Assembly: GCF_009914755.1 (NCBI RefSeq)
Contig: NC_060933.1
Length of the DNA: 64,000 nt
Strand: one strand, 5' to 3'
From: the human T2T-CHM13v2.0 reference genome, Homo sapiens
This document shows, piece by piece, positions 15,531-28,081 of this stretch. The position numbers and the translations under genes were made by a program. How positions within the stretch are numbered: the first letter of the stretch is position 1; every line of letters starts with the position of its first letter. The notes under the pieces were generated by a model. The model saw only the letters and a program-made list of their open reading frames with translations, ran no database searches and was not told the origin of the DNA.

Positions 15531-15934
15531 GAATGGGGAGAACGTTTTGAAAGTTTATTTTTTACAAAACGCGTATTTTGCAAAATAGAGTTTTAATCTC
15601 CCTAAAAGCATAAAATGACATTGTAATTGCCACTTCTTTTTCTTAAAATAATATAAAATTGGTAATGATTTGATATGAGTAGATTTTCTGGTCATTTTTA
15701 CTGTAGACCTTTATCCCCAATTATTATTAAAAGAGCAGCTTCCCTGGATTTTATGGATTTGATAGTAATATTGCAGTTATATGTTTATATATTTAAATAA
15801 ATGTTGATGATAAGGAAATGTGTAAGTTTATTAAAAAATCCCTTGAAATAATTTTTGGAAGTAAAGAGTATTCATTTATGTTGTTAAACTCTATATCTAC
15901 TAATGTTTTGTGTATATATAAATTTTTTCTGTAG

Positions 15935-15977
15935 AGTCAACTGGATGTACCATTTAAAGTTAAAGTTGGTCACATAG
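15935..15977 (+). CDS. VPS13A: VPS13A exon 3 (43 nt; SQLDVPFKVKVGHI)
   Basis: ctgtag|AGTCAA...CATAG|gtaagc. Confidence 0.96.
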
Positions 15978-17853
15978 GTAAGCCATATTCATTATTGGGA
16001 TATCCTCCTTCCTGGACATGCAGCCAGAATAATTTGCCTAATATATCTATTATGTGATATTTTTCATGTTTCTGAGCATCAATTAAAAATAATCATGTGT
16101 TTTTGTCTCAGTAGAGCTTTGTTGTGCAACTTAAAAATATTGTCCGATACATATATCCCTTGCCTAGTATTTGATATCCTAATACATTACATATCTCTTT
16201 AGGTGGTAAATTGAGTTAATTCAAAGGATTACCTCTAAGGGAGAGCTTAACTGTTTCAGTTTCCTAGGTTTCTGTCTAGTTACCACTGCTATATTTTGAT
16301 TAACATTGGATATATTGTGTAAAGAATAGGTTCTGCATCATCCAGGCCCTGTGACTAGGGGCCGATTTGAAAACTAATTTCTGCTCTGCAAGTTTTTGTA
16401 TGGTTTCAGAAAATACTGTGCTTTTTCTTGTTTGGTATTATTTTTACCAGTGTTTACTGTTTATATCTTAAATATATTGGTTGAGCAGTAAATGATTGGA
16501 ATTTGAGGTTTTAACATCTTTAATAAAAACTTATCTGTCATGTTTCTTGTGTTACAGTTTTACTGGTTTAAATATTGTGCAAGATAATAGTGTCTTTAGT
16601 TGGGACTTGGAGATATTTTTGTTATATAGATAGTTTTGTGGTAGGATGTATACATTGTTATTGAAGCTATACTGTTGTCACTTGGGGAACAAAGTATTCT
16701 GAAAGGTTACCTAGATTACATGATAAAGGTCTTCATAATTATGTGTACTTATGGTTGGTATTAGACCACATACCATAGAAAACTTTCATCATCATATGTT
16801 ACTGACAGTAGAATTCTATCCTCCCCACTCCTACCTTTTAAAGACTGTTTAGTGTAAGAGGGGGAGAATGTCACCCATTTTTATCTACCTAACATTTTAA
16901 TTTTTTCATATTTCTGATTATTTACATGTGTACATTTTAAATACTTACAAGTTTATATGTATTGAAATACTTGTAATTATGCTATTTTTACAGTTTTATA
17001 TTTTTTCATTAGCGTATAAAAAGGATTTCTCATAATCTGAGTTGATTTGATCTCATTTATTCTGTACCATAATAATCCAGTGAATGCATATTTGGATATT
17101 GTAGAATAATTTTATTTTTCCATTGGTACAGAAGTATTACAATACATATTTTTATATAACTTTTAAACTTTTACCAAAGGTCATTGAATTTTACAGTGAT
17201 GATTGTCGTATTTCAGTGTATGTAAATTTAACCTCAATTCAAGAACAGTCAAAAAATATATCAGGAGAGTAGATAGACTATTTTCTTTAGAATCTGCCCG
17301 CCTTCTCTTTTCTTGCCTAATCTTGTTTAAAAATGATAAGGTAATTTTTAGTGATAATATAAGATAGTAGAAAGTACACTGAACTAAACCCAAGATAATT
17401 TTGAGAGTCATTTAAGGTGTTGTGTACCTCTGTCGTAGCACCTGTCTTTTAAAAATATCACTGTTTTTTCCCCCTTCTAGTAGACATCGAGTTTCTTGAG
17501 AAGAAGTGGGTTTAATTTTTAATGTATCCTCACCACTTAGCACATTACTTGGTATATATAGTAGGGGCACAATTTATTGTATGAAAGTAATACATGTTTC
17601 CAAATGAATGATACAGTAGTACAATCAGTTTTATAGGAATGTATGTCCCCTTGCTATTATTGGGTATTGATCTTTCAAAATTTCCCTCGTTTAGAATGCA
17701 GAATTATAGATATATCAAATATAAATACACATGTACATATTATAAAAGAGGTTGTCTTCTGTGGAAGGTTTTTGGAATTACATCTGTGTATTTTTTTGAA
17801 ATTTGCCAAATTTTCTACTAGGAGTCTACATTTTATAAGGGAAGGAAGAAAAG

Positions 17854-18157
17854 GTTTGTTTGTTTGTTTGGTTTTTGAGACAGCATCTTGCTCTGTTGCC
17901 CAGGCTGGAGTACAGTGGTGCGATCTTGGCTCATTGCAACCTATGCCTTCCTGGCTCAAGTAACCCTCCCACCTCAGTCCCCGAGTAGCTGGGACTACAG
18001 GTGTACGCCGCCATGCCTGGCTAATTTTTGTAGTTTTTGTAGAGACAGGGTTTTGCCATGTTGCCCAGGCTTGTCTTGAACTCCTGGACTCAAGGGATCC
18101 TCCTACCACAGCCACCCAAAATGCTGGGGTTACAGATGTGAGCCACTGCGCCTGGTC
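17854..18157 (-). mobile_element. AluJ
   Basis: (tttg)n tail...gagccactgcgcctggtc. Confidence 0.9.
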
Positions 18158-18477
18158 AAGTTTGGATTTTTTAAAAAAACATTTGTGGTGAAAATGGCAC
18201 ACTGTTAATATGTGTTTATTATTTTTACAGTTTTGTAATTGCTCTTTGTCCTTTTGTTCATTTACTTTTTTTGAAGTATTACTGTATGTATTTTAAGCAG
18301 TCTGTTGGTACATTTATAAATAAATTAACCGTGTCAAATTTGTTACAGTTTTTTCACAATCTTATTATTTCATTTTGGTTATATTTTTGGTCTGTACAGA
18401 AATTTGAAATGATCCCCATGTTCTCTGGTTTAAAAACTTAGAAAGTTATTCCTCTTTTAGAAATCAGATAGTTTAGA

Positions 18478-18611
18478 GGCCGGGCAGGGTAGCTGATACC
18501 TGTAATCCCGGTACTTTGGGAGGCAGAGGCAAGAGGATTGCTTGAGGCCAGGAGTTTGAGACCAGCCTGGGCAAAATAGTGAGACTGTGACTCTACAAAA
18601 AATATAAAAAA
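18478..18611 (+). mobile_element. FLAM/Alu monomer with TSD agaaatcagatagtt
   Basis: ggccgggcagggtagctgatacctgtaatcc...; TSD on both flanks. Confidence 0.85.
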
Positions 18612-19219
18612 GAAATCAGATAGTTCATTTTTCTCTGAAGTGATATTATATGATGAAATCTTTTTCTCAGTTTGAAGTTTTCTACACATGGAGTTTATAA
18701 AATATCATGAGATGGATCTAAGTGGATTTAAAAAAATTTCCCAATCACTAACCAGTTTTAGCAACATAGTATATTTAATAATCTATTCCTTACACAATTA
18801 TGGCAGCTGTATAAATCTAGACACTCATACCATTTAAACAATTCTAAAATATTTTAAAACTCTCTATTACGAAAATATTCTCAAGATACAAAACTAGAGT
18901 GAGTAGTATAAGAAACCCCATACATAGTGTTTTTGTAGTTCAAGAACCCTTACGCTTAAAAAAAAAATTCTTTGCTGTTTGATTTTCTTAGGATGTTTTC
19001 ATTAGTTTGCATAATTTTCAAATATTACCCAGAATGTTTTATTATTACTTTATGTGTAGTTTTCATATATATAGTTTATATGTATGATTATTACCATATG
19101 TGTATATGTGAATTACTATACATACATACATACGTATGTAACACACATATACATAATGAAAAATATACATACACACACTTATTTAAAGTATACAATCTAC
19201 CTTTCATTGCGGGGAGGTA

Positions 19220-19498
19220 AAGGTCTCACTCTGTCACCCAGGCTGGAGGGCAGTAGCATGATCATGGCTCACTGTAGTCCTGACCTCCTGGGCTCAAGAT
19301 CCTCCCACCTCAGCCTCCCAGGTAGCTGGGACTACAGGCACATACTGTCACGCCTGGCTAATTTTTTTAGTTTTTATTCATAGAGACAGGGTTTTGCCAT
19401 GTTGCCTAGGCTGGTCTTGAACTCCTGGGTTCAAGCGATCCACCTGCCTTAGCTTCCCAAAGTGCTAGGATTCCAGGTGTTAGCCACTGCGCCTGGCC
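19220..19498 (-). mobile_element. AluJ
   Basis: ggtctcactctgtcacccagg...cgcctggcc. Confidence 0.88.
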
Positions 19499-19883
19499 TA
19501 ATCTACCATCTTAAAGCATTAAAAAATATAGGTTTAGAGTAAGAATTGGGGAAATTCAAAGTTATGATATTAAGGATTGTTGATTAAGGGAAGAAGAACA
19601 TTGTTTTGTTTATGGTACAGAGAACTGTAAATAGAAACTTGTATATTTCGAATATAATCTAGGTTTTCCAACAGTACTGATATAAATACAATAATTTCAA
19701 ATCATTACAACAAACACTTGTTGTTTGTAGTTGTAAAATAGCTTTCAATAAAGTGATTAAACGCTTAAGGACAAAGGCCACTTTATTATCTCTTCTAATG
19801 CCTGACAGAAAATAGACTAACCATAAATGCAGGTTGAAGGAGTAATATTTTTTGTCCTTTTTTTTTTTCCCAAAAAAATGTAG

Positions 19884-19979
19884 GTAATCTTAAACTTATA
19901 ATTCCATGGAAAAACCTTTATACTCAACCTGTTGAAGCCGTATTGGAAGAAATTTATTTACTTATAGTGCCTTCTTCTA
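19884..19979 (+). CDS. VPS13A: VPS13A exon 4 (96 nt; GNLKLIIPWKNLYTQPVEAVLEEIYLLIVPSS)
   Basis: atgtag|GTAATC...TTCTA|gtaagt; IPWKNL Chorein_N motif. Confidence 0.96.
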
Positions 19980-20102
19980 GTAAGTTAAATTTAAAAAAAT
20001 TATAATTTAAGTTATTCTTTTTTATGGATGGAAAAATATTTATATTCAAAATACTTTTGGAATTTTTTTGAGATTTTAATATTTAAATTTGATATTTGTT
20101 AA

Positions 20103-20460
<358 letters not shown>

Positions 20461-20548
20461 AATTAATGATTATTTGTAAGGATTTTTTTGGAATGACTAT
20501 ATTTAAATTTAAGGTAGTTATGATTCTTCCTTTTTAATCTTCCTATAG

Positions 20549-20650
20549 GAATAAAATATGATCCTTTAAAAGAAGAGAAACAACTCATGGAAGCAAAGCA
20601 ACAGGAACTGAAAAGAATAGAAGAAGCAAAACAAAAAGTAGTTGATCAAG
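20549..20650 (+). CDS. VPS13A: VPS13A exon 5 (102 nt; RIKYDPLKEEKQLMEAKQQELKRIEEAKQKVVDQ)
   Basis: ctatag|GAATAA...TCAAG|gtaaag. Confidence 0.96.
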
Positions 20651-20898
20651 GTAAAGAAAACAGTAAATAACAATGCTAATAAGAGAAGTAGAAAAGACCT
20701 AAATATTTATCATAATTGAATATTATTTTTCTCTGGAGATGCTGAGATTATTTCAGAAATATGATAGAATCTCATTGCATGGGGAATTTTAATGTGGTTT
20801 GTATGCTTTGTTATGTGTACAGGAATTTTACCTTATGGAAATTTATCTTAAGGCAAATAATATGTCTAGCTTATTATTATTATTAGGTTTACATATTT

Positions 20899-20930
<32 letters not shown>

Positions 20931-21786
20931 TATACATACTAGGTAAGGTCAGTTTTTAATGATAGCAATTAATTTTATCAAGCATATTTTCTTAATTTTC
21001 TAGCCTTTGCTTTTGTATTCCTTTTATATCAATTCTTCACCCTTTTGGAGATACTTAGTTTCTTGACATATTTCTATTTGCCTCTATCTGTTTATTTACC
21101 CTCTGGCTTCACATATTTTCCAATTAAACTTAGACAATATGTTCCATTACTGCAACCTCTTTTTCATTATTGGAAGCGGTGTCCTGAAGAAATCTAATTC
21201 CTTTTCACCTGTTCTCTGATCCTTACTGCCAGCTACTTTTTAAACTCTCACCTAGTGGGTTTTTTGCCTTGGCATGTAAATACGCTGTTCTTTATCTTGA
21301 AACATGAAGTCATTTTCTTAACCTAGTCATCTGTTTATGTTCTTCTCCTCTGTCATTCATTTAATAGTTAAACATCTTAAAATTAAAAAGTTTACTGACT
21401 TCACTGTCTCTGAAATGCATTGATTTTCTTTTAATAAAAAATAATAAGCTTCAATAATAAATGTTTTACTTGTTGGCAAACATTAATAGAGATTTAACAT
21501 GTAATTCTTGGCAATATCTCTTGTAATTCTGTTTTTTCTCTGTAACAGTTACTTTATATTATGTGTAGTCATTTATCCTTACCTCCAGTCCTCTTTCCTA
21601 AGTCTCTTAGGCCTTTTCTTTTTAAAAATTATTTTTATTTTATCAAGATAATATATATACATAGCTTTAAAAGTTAAGCAGTATTATAGTGTCCGGATTA
21701 AAAAAAAAAACCAACTGTTCCTGGCCCAGGCCCGCACCTATATTACTAAATATGGTGCTCAAACCTCTGTGTCTTGATTTATTTAG

Positions 21787-21790
<4 letters not shown>

Positions 21791-21834
<44 letters not shown>
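21791..21834. repeat. (TA)~22 microsatellite followed by an AT-rich low-complexity tract to ~21990
   Basis: Uninterrupted tatata run. Confidence 0.95.
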
Positions 21835-21838
<4 letters not shown>

Positions 21839-23071
21839 GTGTTATATGTAACATAACATGCATATTATCTATAACATAACATATTTTATAACATATAATT
21901 AATGACATTACATATTTTAAACTCATCTCGTGTTTCATTGGCATATATATGACATATATAATATATAACGTGTAATATATATATTACACACACATCCTTT
22001 TATGATGTACTATGAAGATTGACCCTATTTTTTCATCTTCTCTATATAGTTCTGTCACATTTTTGGTTAAATCAGAATTCATTGTTAATAGTATCATGGC
22101 TATATATAAATGTTTTATTTATATATAAATAAAGTGGCTTTAAGTATGACTGTTTATTTTGTAGGCTTTTAGTTAACCTCCCTGTTCTCCCATGTACAAA
22201 ATTTGGATCCTATTAGGGCCATTTTCTCTAAAATAAACCCTTGTGTTCTCACTAGGGTGGGAAAGGGATGTTGCTTGGATATTGGGCTGGGAGAGAAGGG
22301 GACCTAACTTAACTGCTCCTTATACAGATTTAAATCAGTTCTTGTGTTATCTTCCTCTCTCTCCACTGTGTTCCATGTTTGCTATTTTTTGTTTGGTGGG
22401 GTTTCCAGTTCCTGTGTCTTTCCAGGGTTCTGTGACTTGGATTTTTGTTGTTGTTGTTGTTTGTTTTAAACTCATCTTGTGTTTTGTTTCATTACCCTGC
22501 AAGATATAGGCATTGATATGCTTTTCATGTAAAATGGATAGTTGGTTTTATTCAGGATTGGTACTTTATTGACAGTAATATGCAAAAAAAGAGCAAAGGG
22601 ATTTAAGGTGTTGGTAAAATAACATATCATGGAATCTGAGCTGCATAAGGAAGTCAGGAGGAAGTAGTGGGTAGAGAAAGAAAGACAACATTTAATCGAA
22701 TAACTAAATGAATTTATAAAAGAAAAGATTTTATTAGGTAGTGGTGAGAGTCAAAGATTAAAATATGATCCTCTGTCTTTAAAGAGCTTGTATTCTGTTG
22801 TCTACTTAATTCTATAATCTATTTATATGTATATATATTCATTTAACTCTGGTGTATTTGAGGTACATATGATTAGTATCTTCAGCTTTCCTTTATCTAA
22901 GGCCTCCTGGGCCAGCTGAATTTGAGAGTAATAGGCAATTAGAGGAAAAGATAGATTTATATGTATTATTTCTATATAGGAGTAGAAATATGAAAAGAGG
23001 AACAGAATTAGAAATAAAGAATATAGCTTTCATTGGCATTTTTAAGGGGAGAAAAAGGATAATAACTATGA

Positions 23072-23461
<390 letters not shown>

Positions 23462-24003
23462 TAATGGAACTTGAGATAGTTAATGCTGTTTTCTGAACAT
23501 GAAATAGTTGATGAACTTCTTTCATCCTTGTTCAAAAGAAGAAAGAAGATCTTATTTCCTATTTTGTATTTACTGGGGGAGGAGGATATTCAACTGTTTT
23601 ACACATCTATACACAGGCAACTTAATGGTGGTATCACTAATTTTGAGAGAGATTTCTGCTTTGCTGCTGTTAGTGGATTTTCTCATTTAAGTCTATTGTA
23701 ATTCTTACCCAATAATCTTCATTTTTAAATATATTTTTGTACTCAGGCATAGGTTAACAGAAATTATAAAATTTAATGCCAGTAAATTCTACATGGTCTG
23801 CTTTAGTCTCATGGCACAATAAACTAGCTTTTGAAAAATGTTTACTTGCTTTTGAAAGACTTTTGGAAAGCAAGCTATTAGTGTTCTATTTACATATATA
23901 TGTATATTTCAGCAAGGCAACGTAAGCATGTTACTTCAGTATGTGGATATTTATAGAGTATATTTTTCATTCAATTTTAAAAAAGGAATATTTGCAATTG
24001 TAG

Positions 24004-24113
24004 AACAACATCTGCCGGAAAAACAGGACACTTTTGCAGAAAAATTAGTTACACAGATCATAAAAAATCTTCAGGTGAAAATTTCCAGTATCCATATTCG
24101 TTATGAAGATGAT
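24004..24113 (+). CDS. VPS13A: VPS13A exon 6 (110 nt; EQHLPEKQDTFAEKLVTQIIKNLQVKISSIHIRYEDD)
   Basis: ttgtag|AACAAC...GATGAT|gtaagt; IHIRYED motif; within ORF 23928..24158. Confidence 0.95.
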
Positions 24114-24713
24114 GTAAGTATTTTAATATGTGATATTTGTTTTTATATTTATATGTAAGTTATTTTACTATTTAATGACACCTACTTTTTAATGGCCAAT
24201 CTGTTAAATCCCAAAAGGTTACAGAGCTAAAGATGATGTGATCCTTCTTTTCTATAATTATAGTTGTAATTTGCAGTCCTTAGTGTTGAGTGCTTGATTT
24301 TACACTTTCCCAAAATGTTCAGACATTAGATCATGAAGGAAATGCCTTGGGAATTATGAATTTAGCAGTTATGTATTTTTAAAATACTTTAAAGTATGCT
24401 ATATTTACCTCCTGGATGGAGTACTGGTCTAGCAATTAGTGGAGCTAGCCTTAAATAATTCCTTGATCCTGAATAGGTCATTTGTTTTCTCTTAACCAGA
24501 TAATTATTTGCTTTATAATCCTATTTTGTTAGTCTTTTTTAATAATTTTTTTTGTAAACTGGAAAACATGCAGTATAATATTCCTGTGTAACACGAATAC
24601 ATTAATAATTAGTATTCTAATTTGTTTTAGGAAAAATATAGGAATGAAAGTTTTTCTGGAAAGTAATAAAATGTTTCTGAATGTTTGAAATAAGTTACTT
24701 CCCAAAAAGTTAT

Positions 24714-24736
24714 CCCTCCCTCCCTTCCTCCCCCCA

Positions 24737-24776
<40 letters not shown>

Positions 24777-25125
24777 TCTCTCTTTCTTTCTCTTCTCCTC
24801 TTCTCTCCCCTCCCCTCCCCTTGCCTCCCCTTCCCAAGACAAGGCCTCACACTGTCGCCAGGCTGGAGTGCAGTTGCCCGATCATGACTCATTGCAACCT
24901 TGACATTCCTTGCTCAAGTGATCCTCCCACCTCACCACCACCCACCCACCCTGCAGTAGCTGGGACTACAGTTGCACCCCACCAGGCCTGGCTAATTTTC
25001 TTAACATTTTTTTTTGTAGAGGCAGGATCTCACTGTGTTACCCAGGCTGGTCTCCAGAGCTCAAGCAGTCCTCCTGCCTTGGCCTTCCAGAGTGCTGGGA
25101 TTACAGATGGGAGCCGCTGCACATT
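24714..25125 (-). mobile_element. AluJ whose tail is a ~120-nt CT-rich polypyrimidine tract (24714-24835)
   Basis: ccctccctcc(ct)n...aagacaaggcctcacactgtcgccagg. Confidence 0.85.
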
Positions 25126-25200
25126 GACAGTTTTTTCTATAAAGTGGATTTTATCCAACTACTAAAAATCTGAATAAATTTTACTTTCTTTCCTCTTTAG

Positions 25201-25260
25201 ATCACAAATCGGGACAAACCGCTGTCATTTGGTATTTCCCTTCAAAATCTGAGCATGCAG
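25201..25260 (+). CDS. VPS13A: VPS13A exon 7 (60 nt; ITNRDKPLSFGISLQNLSMQ)
   Basis: ctttag|ATCACA...ATGCAG|gtattt. Confidence 0.96.
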
Positions 25261-26104
25261 GTATTTTGTTTATAAAAGAATCTTAACCATATTTAATGTG
25301 CAATATAGTCTATTAAACTGCTACTATTTGTATATGCCAGCATCAGAAATAGGTGTCTATGTAGAACGGGTGCACAAAGGGTCTTCATTGGATTGGAATC
25401 GAGGGTATGTAGATTCACATTTCAAAAAATGGTTGAAAATCAAATTCAGAAATATGAGGTCCTATTATTATTGGTAATTATGATGTTAGATGCTTTTGCT
25501 TACTTTAAGAAATCCATTTCCAAGTTTGTAATGAGTAAGTACCAAATACAAGTAATAAATGTTCATATCTGAAACTTCGATAAGCTTTGAAAAACAAAAA
25601 TCTTCAGTTTTTCTCAATATCATTATTAATATTGTAGCATAGTGTTTTCCTGTTTAATTTTTGAAATTGAGGAATTTTAAAAATATAAGAACATGTAGAG
25701 AATTTTGAAACATATGCTTGCCTCCAGAATGGATGGCTGTTAAATTAAGAGCCTATTAAAATAGCCTATTTGCTTAAAGTCTTAAATATTTTTATAGGAA
25801 TAAGCTGTTTTGGATAAAGTTTGAATCCCTTTTGTTTTCTACTTCCACCCACCCGTCCTTCCCCAGAGATAAGTATCCTAAATTTTAAAACTTTTATATA
25901 ATATATCTATTAAAAATGTAGGATTATAAAAGTTTACGCGTTTTATATGACTCTTTTATGAGTTCCTTTTTGCACTTTCCAGTGTTGTTGACATTTATCT
26001 GTGTTACCACATGTAACAAAATTCATTCAGTTTAACTGCTGTGTATTTCATTGCATGATTTTATTTGTTGTATCTATTGGGTTTTGTGTAAGATTTCTTT
26101 TTAA

Positions 26105-26168
26105 TTTTATTATTATTTTTAAATTGGGCAGCCTCCCAAGCCAGAGCAGGCTCAGAGAGACTCCACAG
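26105..26168 (-). mobile_element. ~45-nt MER51/MER57-like LTR R-region fragment with A-rich tail and TSD (candidate short-RNA retrocopy)
   Basis: Minus strand TGGAGTCTCTCTGAGCCTGCTCTGGCTTGGGAGGCTGCCCAATTT aligns to 37653-37695; direct repeats tttctttttaa at 26094-26104 and 26169-26179. Confidence 0.7.
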
Positions 26169-26427
26169 TTTCTTTTTAAAATGTGGCCCCACTGCAACGA
26201 AAAAAGAAAAAATGCCCTCCAAAAAGTTACTCAAATACTCTCATTAAGTTGAAAAATAAGAATGGAGAATTAGCCATTGGATTGGGCAATGTGAAGATCT
26301 TTGGTAACCGTGATAACAGTAGTTACTAATCATCACCTTTGGAAACTTGTCTGCCAGCCTAGACCTGTTCAGTTAGAAACTCTAGGATTTGGTTGCAGCA
26401 ATCTGTGTTTTACAAAGCCCTCTAGGT

Positions 26428-26638
26428 CAGGGTTCCTGGGCCACAGAACAGGAGGTAAGGCCTGGGAGTGAGCATTACCGCCTGAGCTCTGTCAGATCAG
26501 AGGTGGCATTCGATTCTCGTAGGATCCTAGCGAACCTTATTGTGAACTGCGCATCTCAGGGATCTAGGTTGTGCCCCTGATGGAAAAGTTATCTCCTATG
26601 AAACTGGTCGTTGGTGCCAAAAAGGTTGGGGACCACTG
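26428..26638. mobile_element. MER1B (hAT-Charlie) inserted in MER5A (~26355-26685), 8-bp TSD ctctaggt
   Basis: cagggttcc...aaaaggttggggaccactg; TSD at 26420-26427 and 26639-26646. Confidence 0.85.
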
Positions 26639-27092
26639 CTCTAGGTGATCCTAATGCATGCTAAACTTTGAGAGCTACTATTCTAATTATCCATTCAGTT
26701 CGTCTCCACATAGAAACGAAAACCATCTTTCTGAAATAAAGATCTGATCACTTTATTCCTCTCAGTGGCTTTTCATTGCTCTTAGTTTTATCCTTAAACA
26801 ACTTATAAACCCTTTTTAAACCGACCCCAGGCAATATACCTGGTTTTACTTTTTTTCTCTGTCTGTTTTGCATTATATTCTCCTGCATACTGAGCTACTT
26901 CAGTTGCCTGAATGTGCCATATATTTGTGTACTTTTGGGCTCTGCCTGTTGTGAATCATATTCCCTGTCGACCTTAGAATCAATAATTTTTAGTTACATG
27001 TTATATATTAGGTTATATATAACATCTCTTTATCCATCACACCCCTGAATTGGATGCTCCTGCCATGCCCTCTCAATGAAATGAGAGGGCAT

Positions 27093-27263
27093 TTTTTTTG
27101 TAGAGACAAGGTCTCACTTTTTGTTGCCCAAATTTGTCTCAAACTCCTGGCCTCAAGCAATCCTCCCAACTCAGCCTTCCAAAGTGTTGGGATTACAGGT
27201 GTGAGCCACTGCACCCAATGATACCTGCAAATCTAAATAGCTCCTAGAACATTCTTTTATAAG
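27093..27263 (+). repeat. 171-bp direct repeat, copy 1 (antisense Alu left arm plus ~46 bp unique flank), identical to 28261-28431
   Basis: Base-by-base comparison; offset 1168. Confidence 0.93.
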
Positions 27264-27553
27264 TTAAATGAGTTATGAGTTTTAGAAGTTAAATGAGTAT
27301 TTAACTTCTGCTGTGGCACTTACCTGTTGGAAGTTGCCTGTTTCTTTGTTTGCTTTTCTGACCCGCAATGAGCTCCTTCCTTGAAAGCAGACACTTTACT
27401 GTGGTCAGTTAGTATTTTTTGATGGAGTGATATGTCTTTAAAGGCATTTTCATGAAAGGGACATTGGTCTAGGGTATGGTAGATAATGATTTATTACTCT
27501 GCTGTTTCAAATGGAATGACCTTTTTACTGCCATTGTTTTTTTTCCTTTTCAG

Positions 27554-27613
27554 ACAACTGATCAATACTGGGTTCCATGTTTACATGATGAAACTGAGAA
27601 ACTGGTTCGTAAG
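27554..27613 (+). CDS. VPS13A: VPS13A exon 8 (60 nt; TTDQYWVPCLHDETEKLVRK)
   Basis: tttcag|ACAACT...CGTAAG|gtaaat. Confidence 0.96.
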
Positions 27614-27818
27614 GTAAATAAATACTGTGTTTCTCAACTCATGGACTTAAGAGAATTTTGGAAAGCCAAATGATAATATATAGATAAGGATGTATGTGAA
27701 TTTTGCTTATTTGTTTAACTCTGTGATATGGCTCACTTAATTATTTGAGACTTCTGAAAATAGTGTATGATAAAAATTCTTCAAAGAAAATGAGACATCT
27801 AATAAATTTTATTTTCAG

Positions 27819-27899
27819 TTAATCCGATTGGATAACCTGTTTGCCTATTGGAATGTGAAGTCTCAGATGTTTTATCTTAGTGATTATGATAACTCCTTG
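27819..27899 (+). CDS. VPS13A: VPS13A exon 9 (81 nt; LIRLDNLFAYWNVKSQMFYLSDYDNSL)
   Basis: tttcag|TTAATC...TCCTTG|gtaagt. Confidence 0.96.
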
Positions 27900-28081
27900 G
27901 TAAGTAAATTTTTTCTGTATGTATTTGTTGGTATCATATTTTGCATGAGGTTTAATTCATTGTCATTTATCTAATATACTGTAGTCAGTATTTTTTCCTA
28001 GGCACAATCTATTAGCAGAATTTACAGATACAGGTGAAGATGTGTGTAACTATACACAAACATGAATACATACCCCCATAT

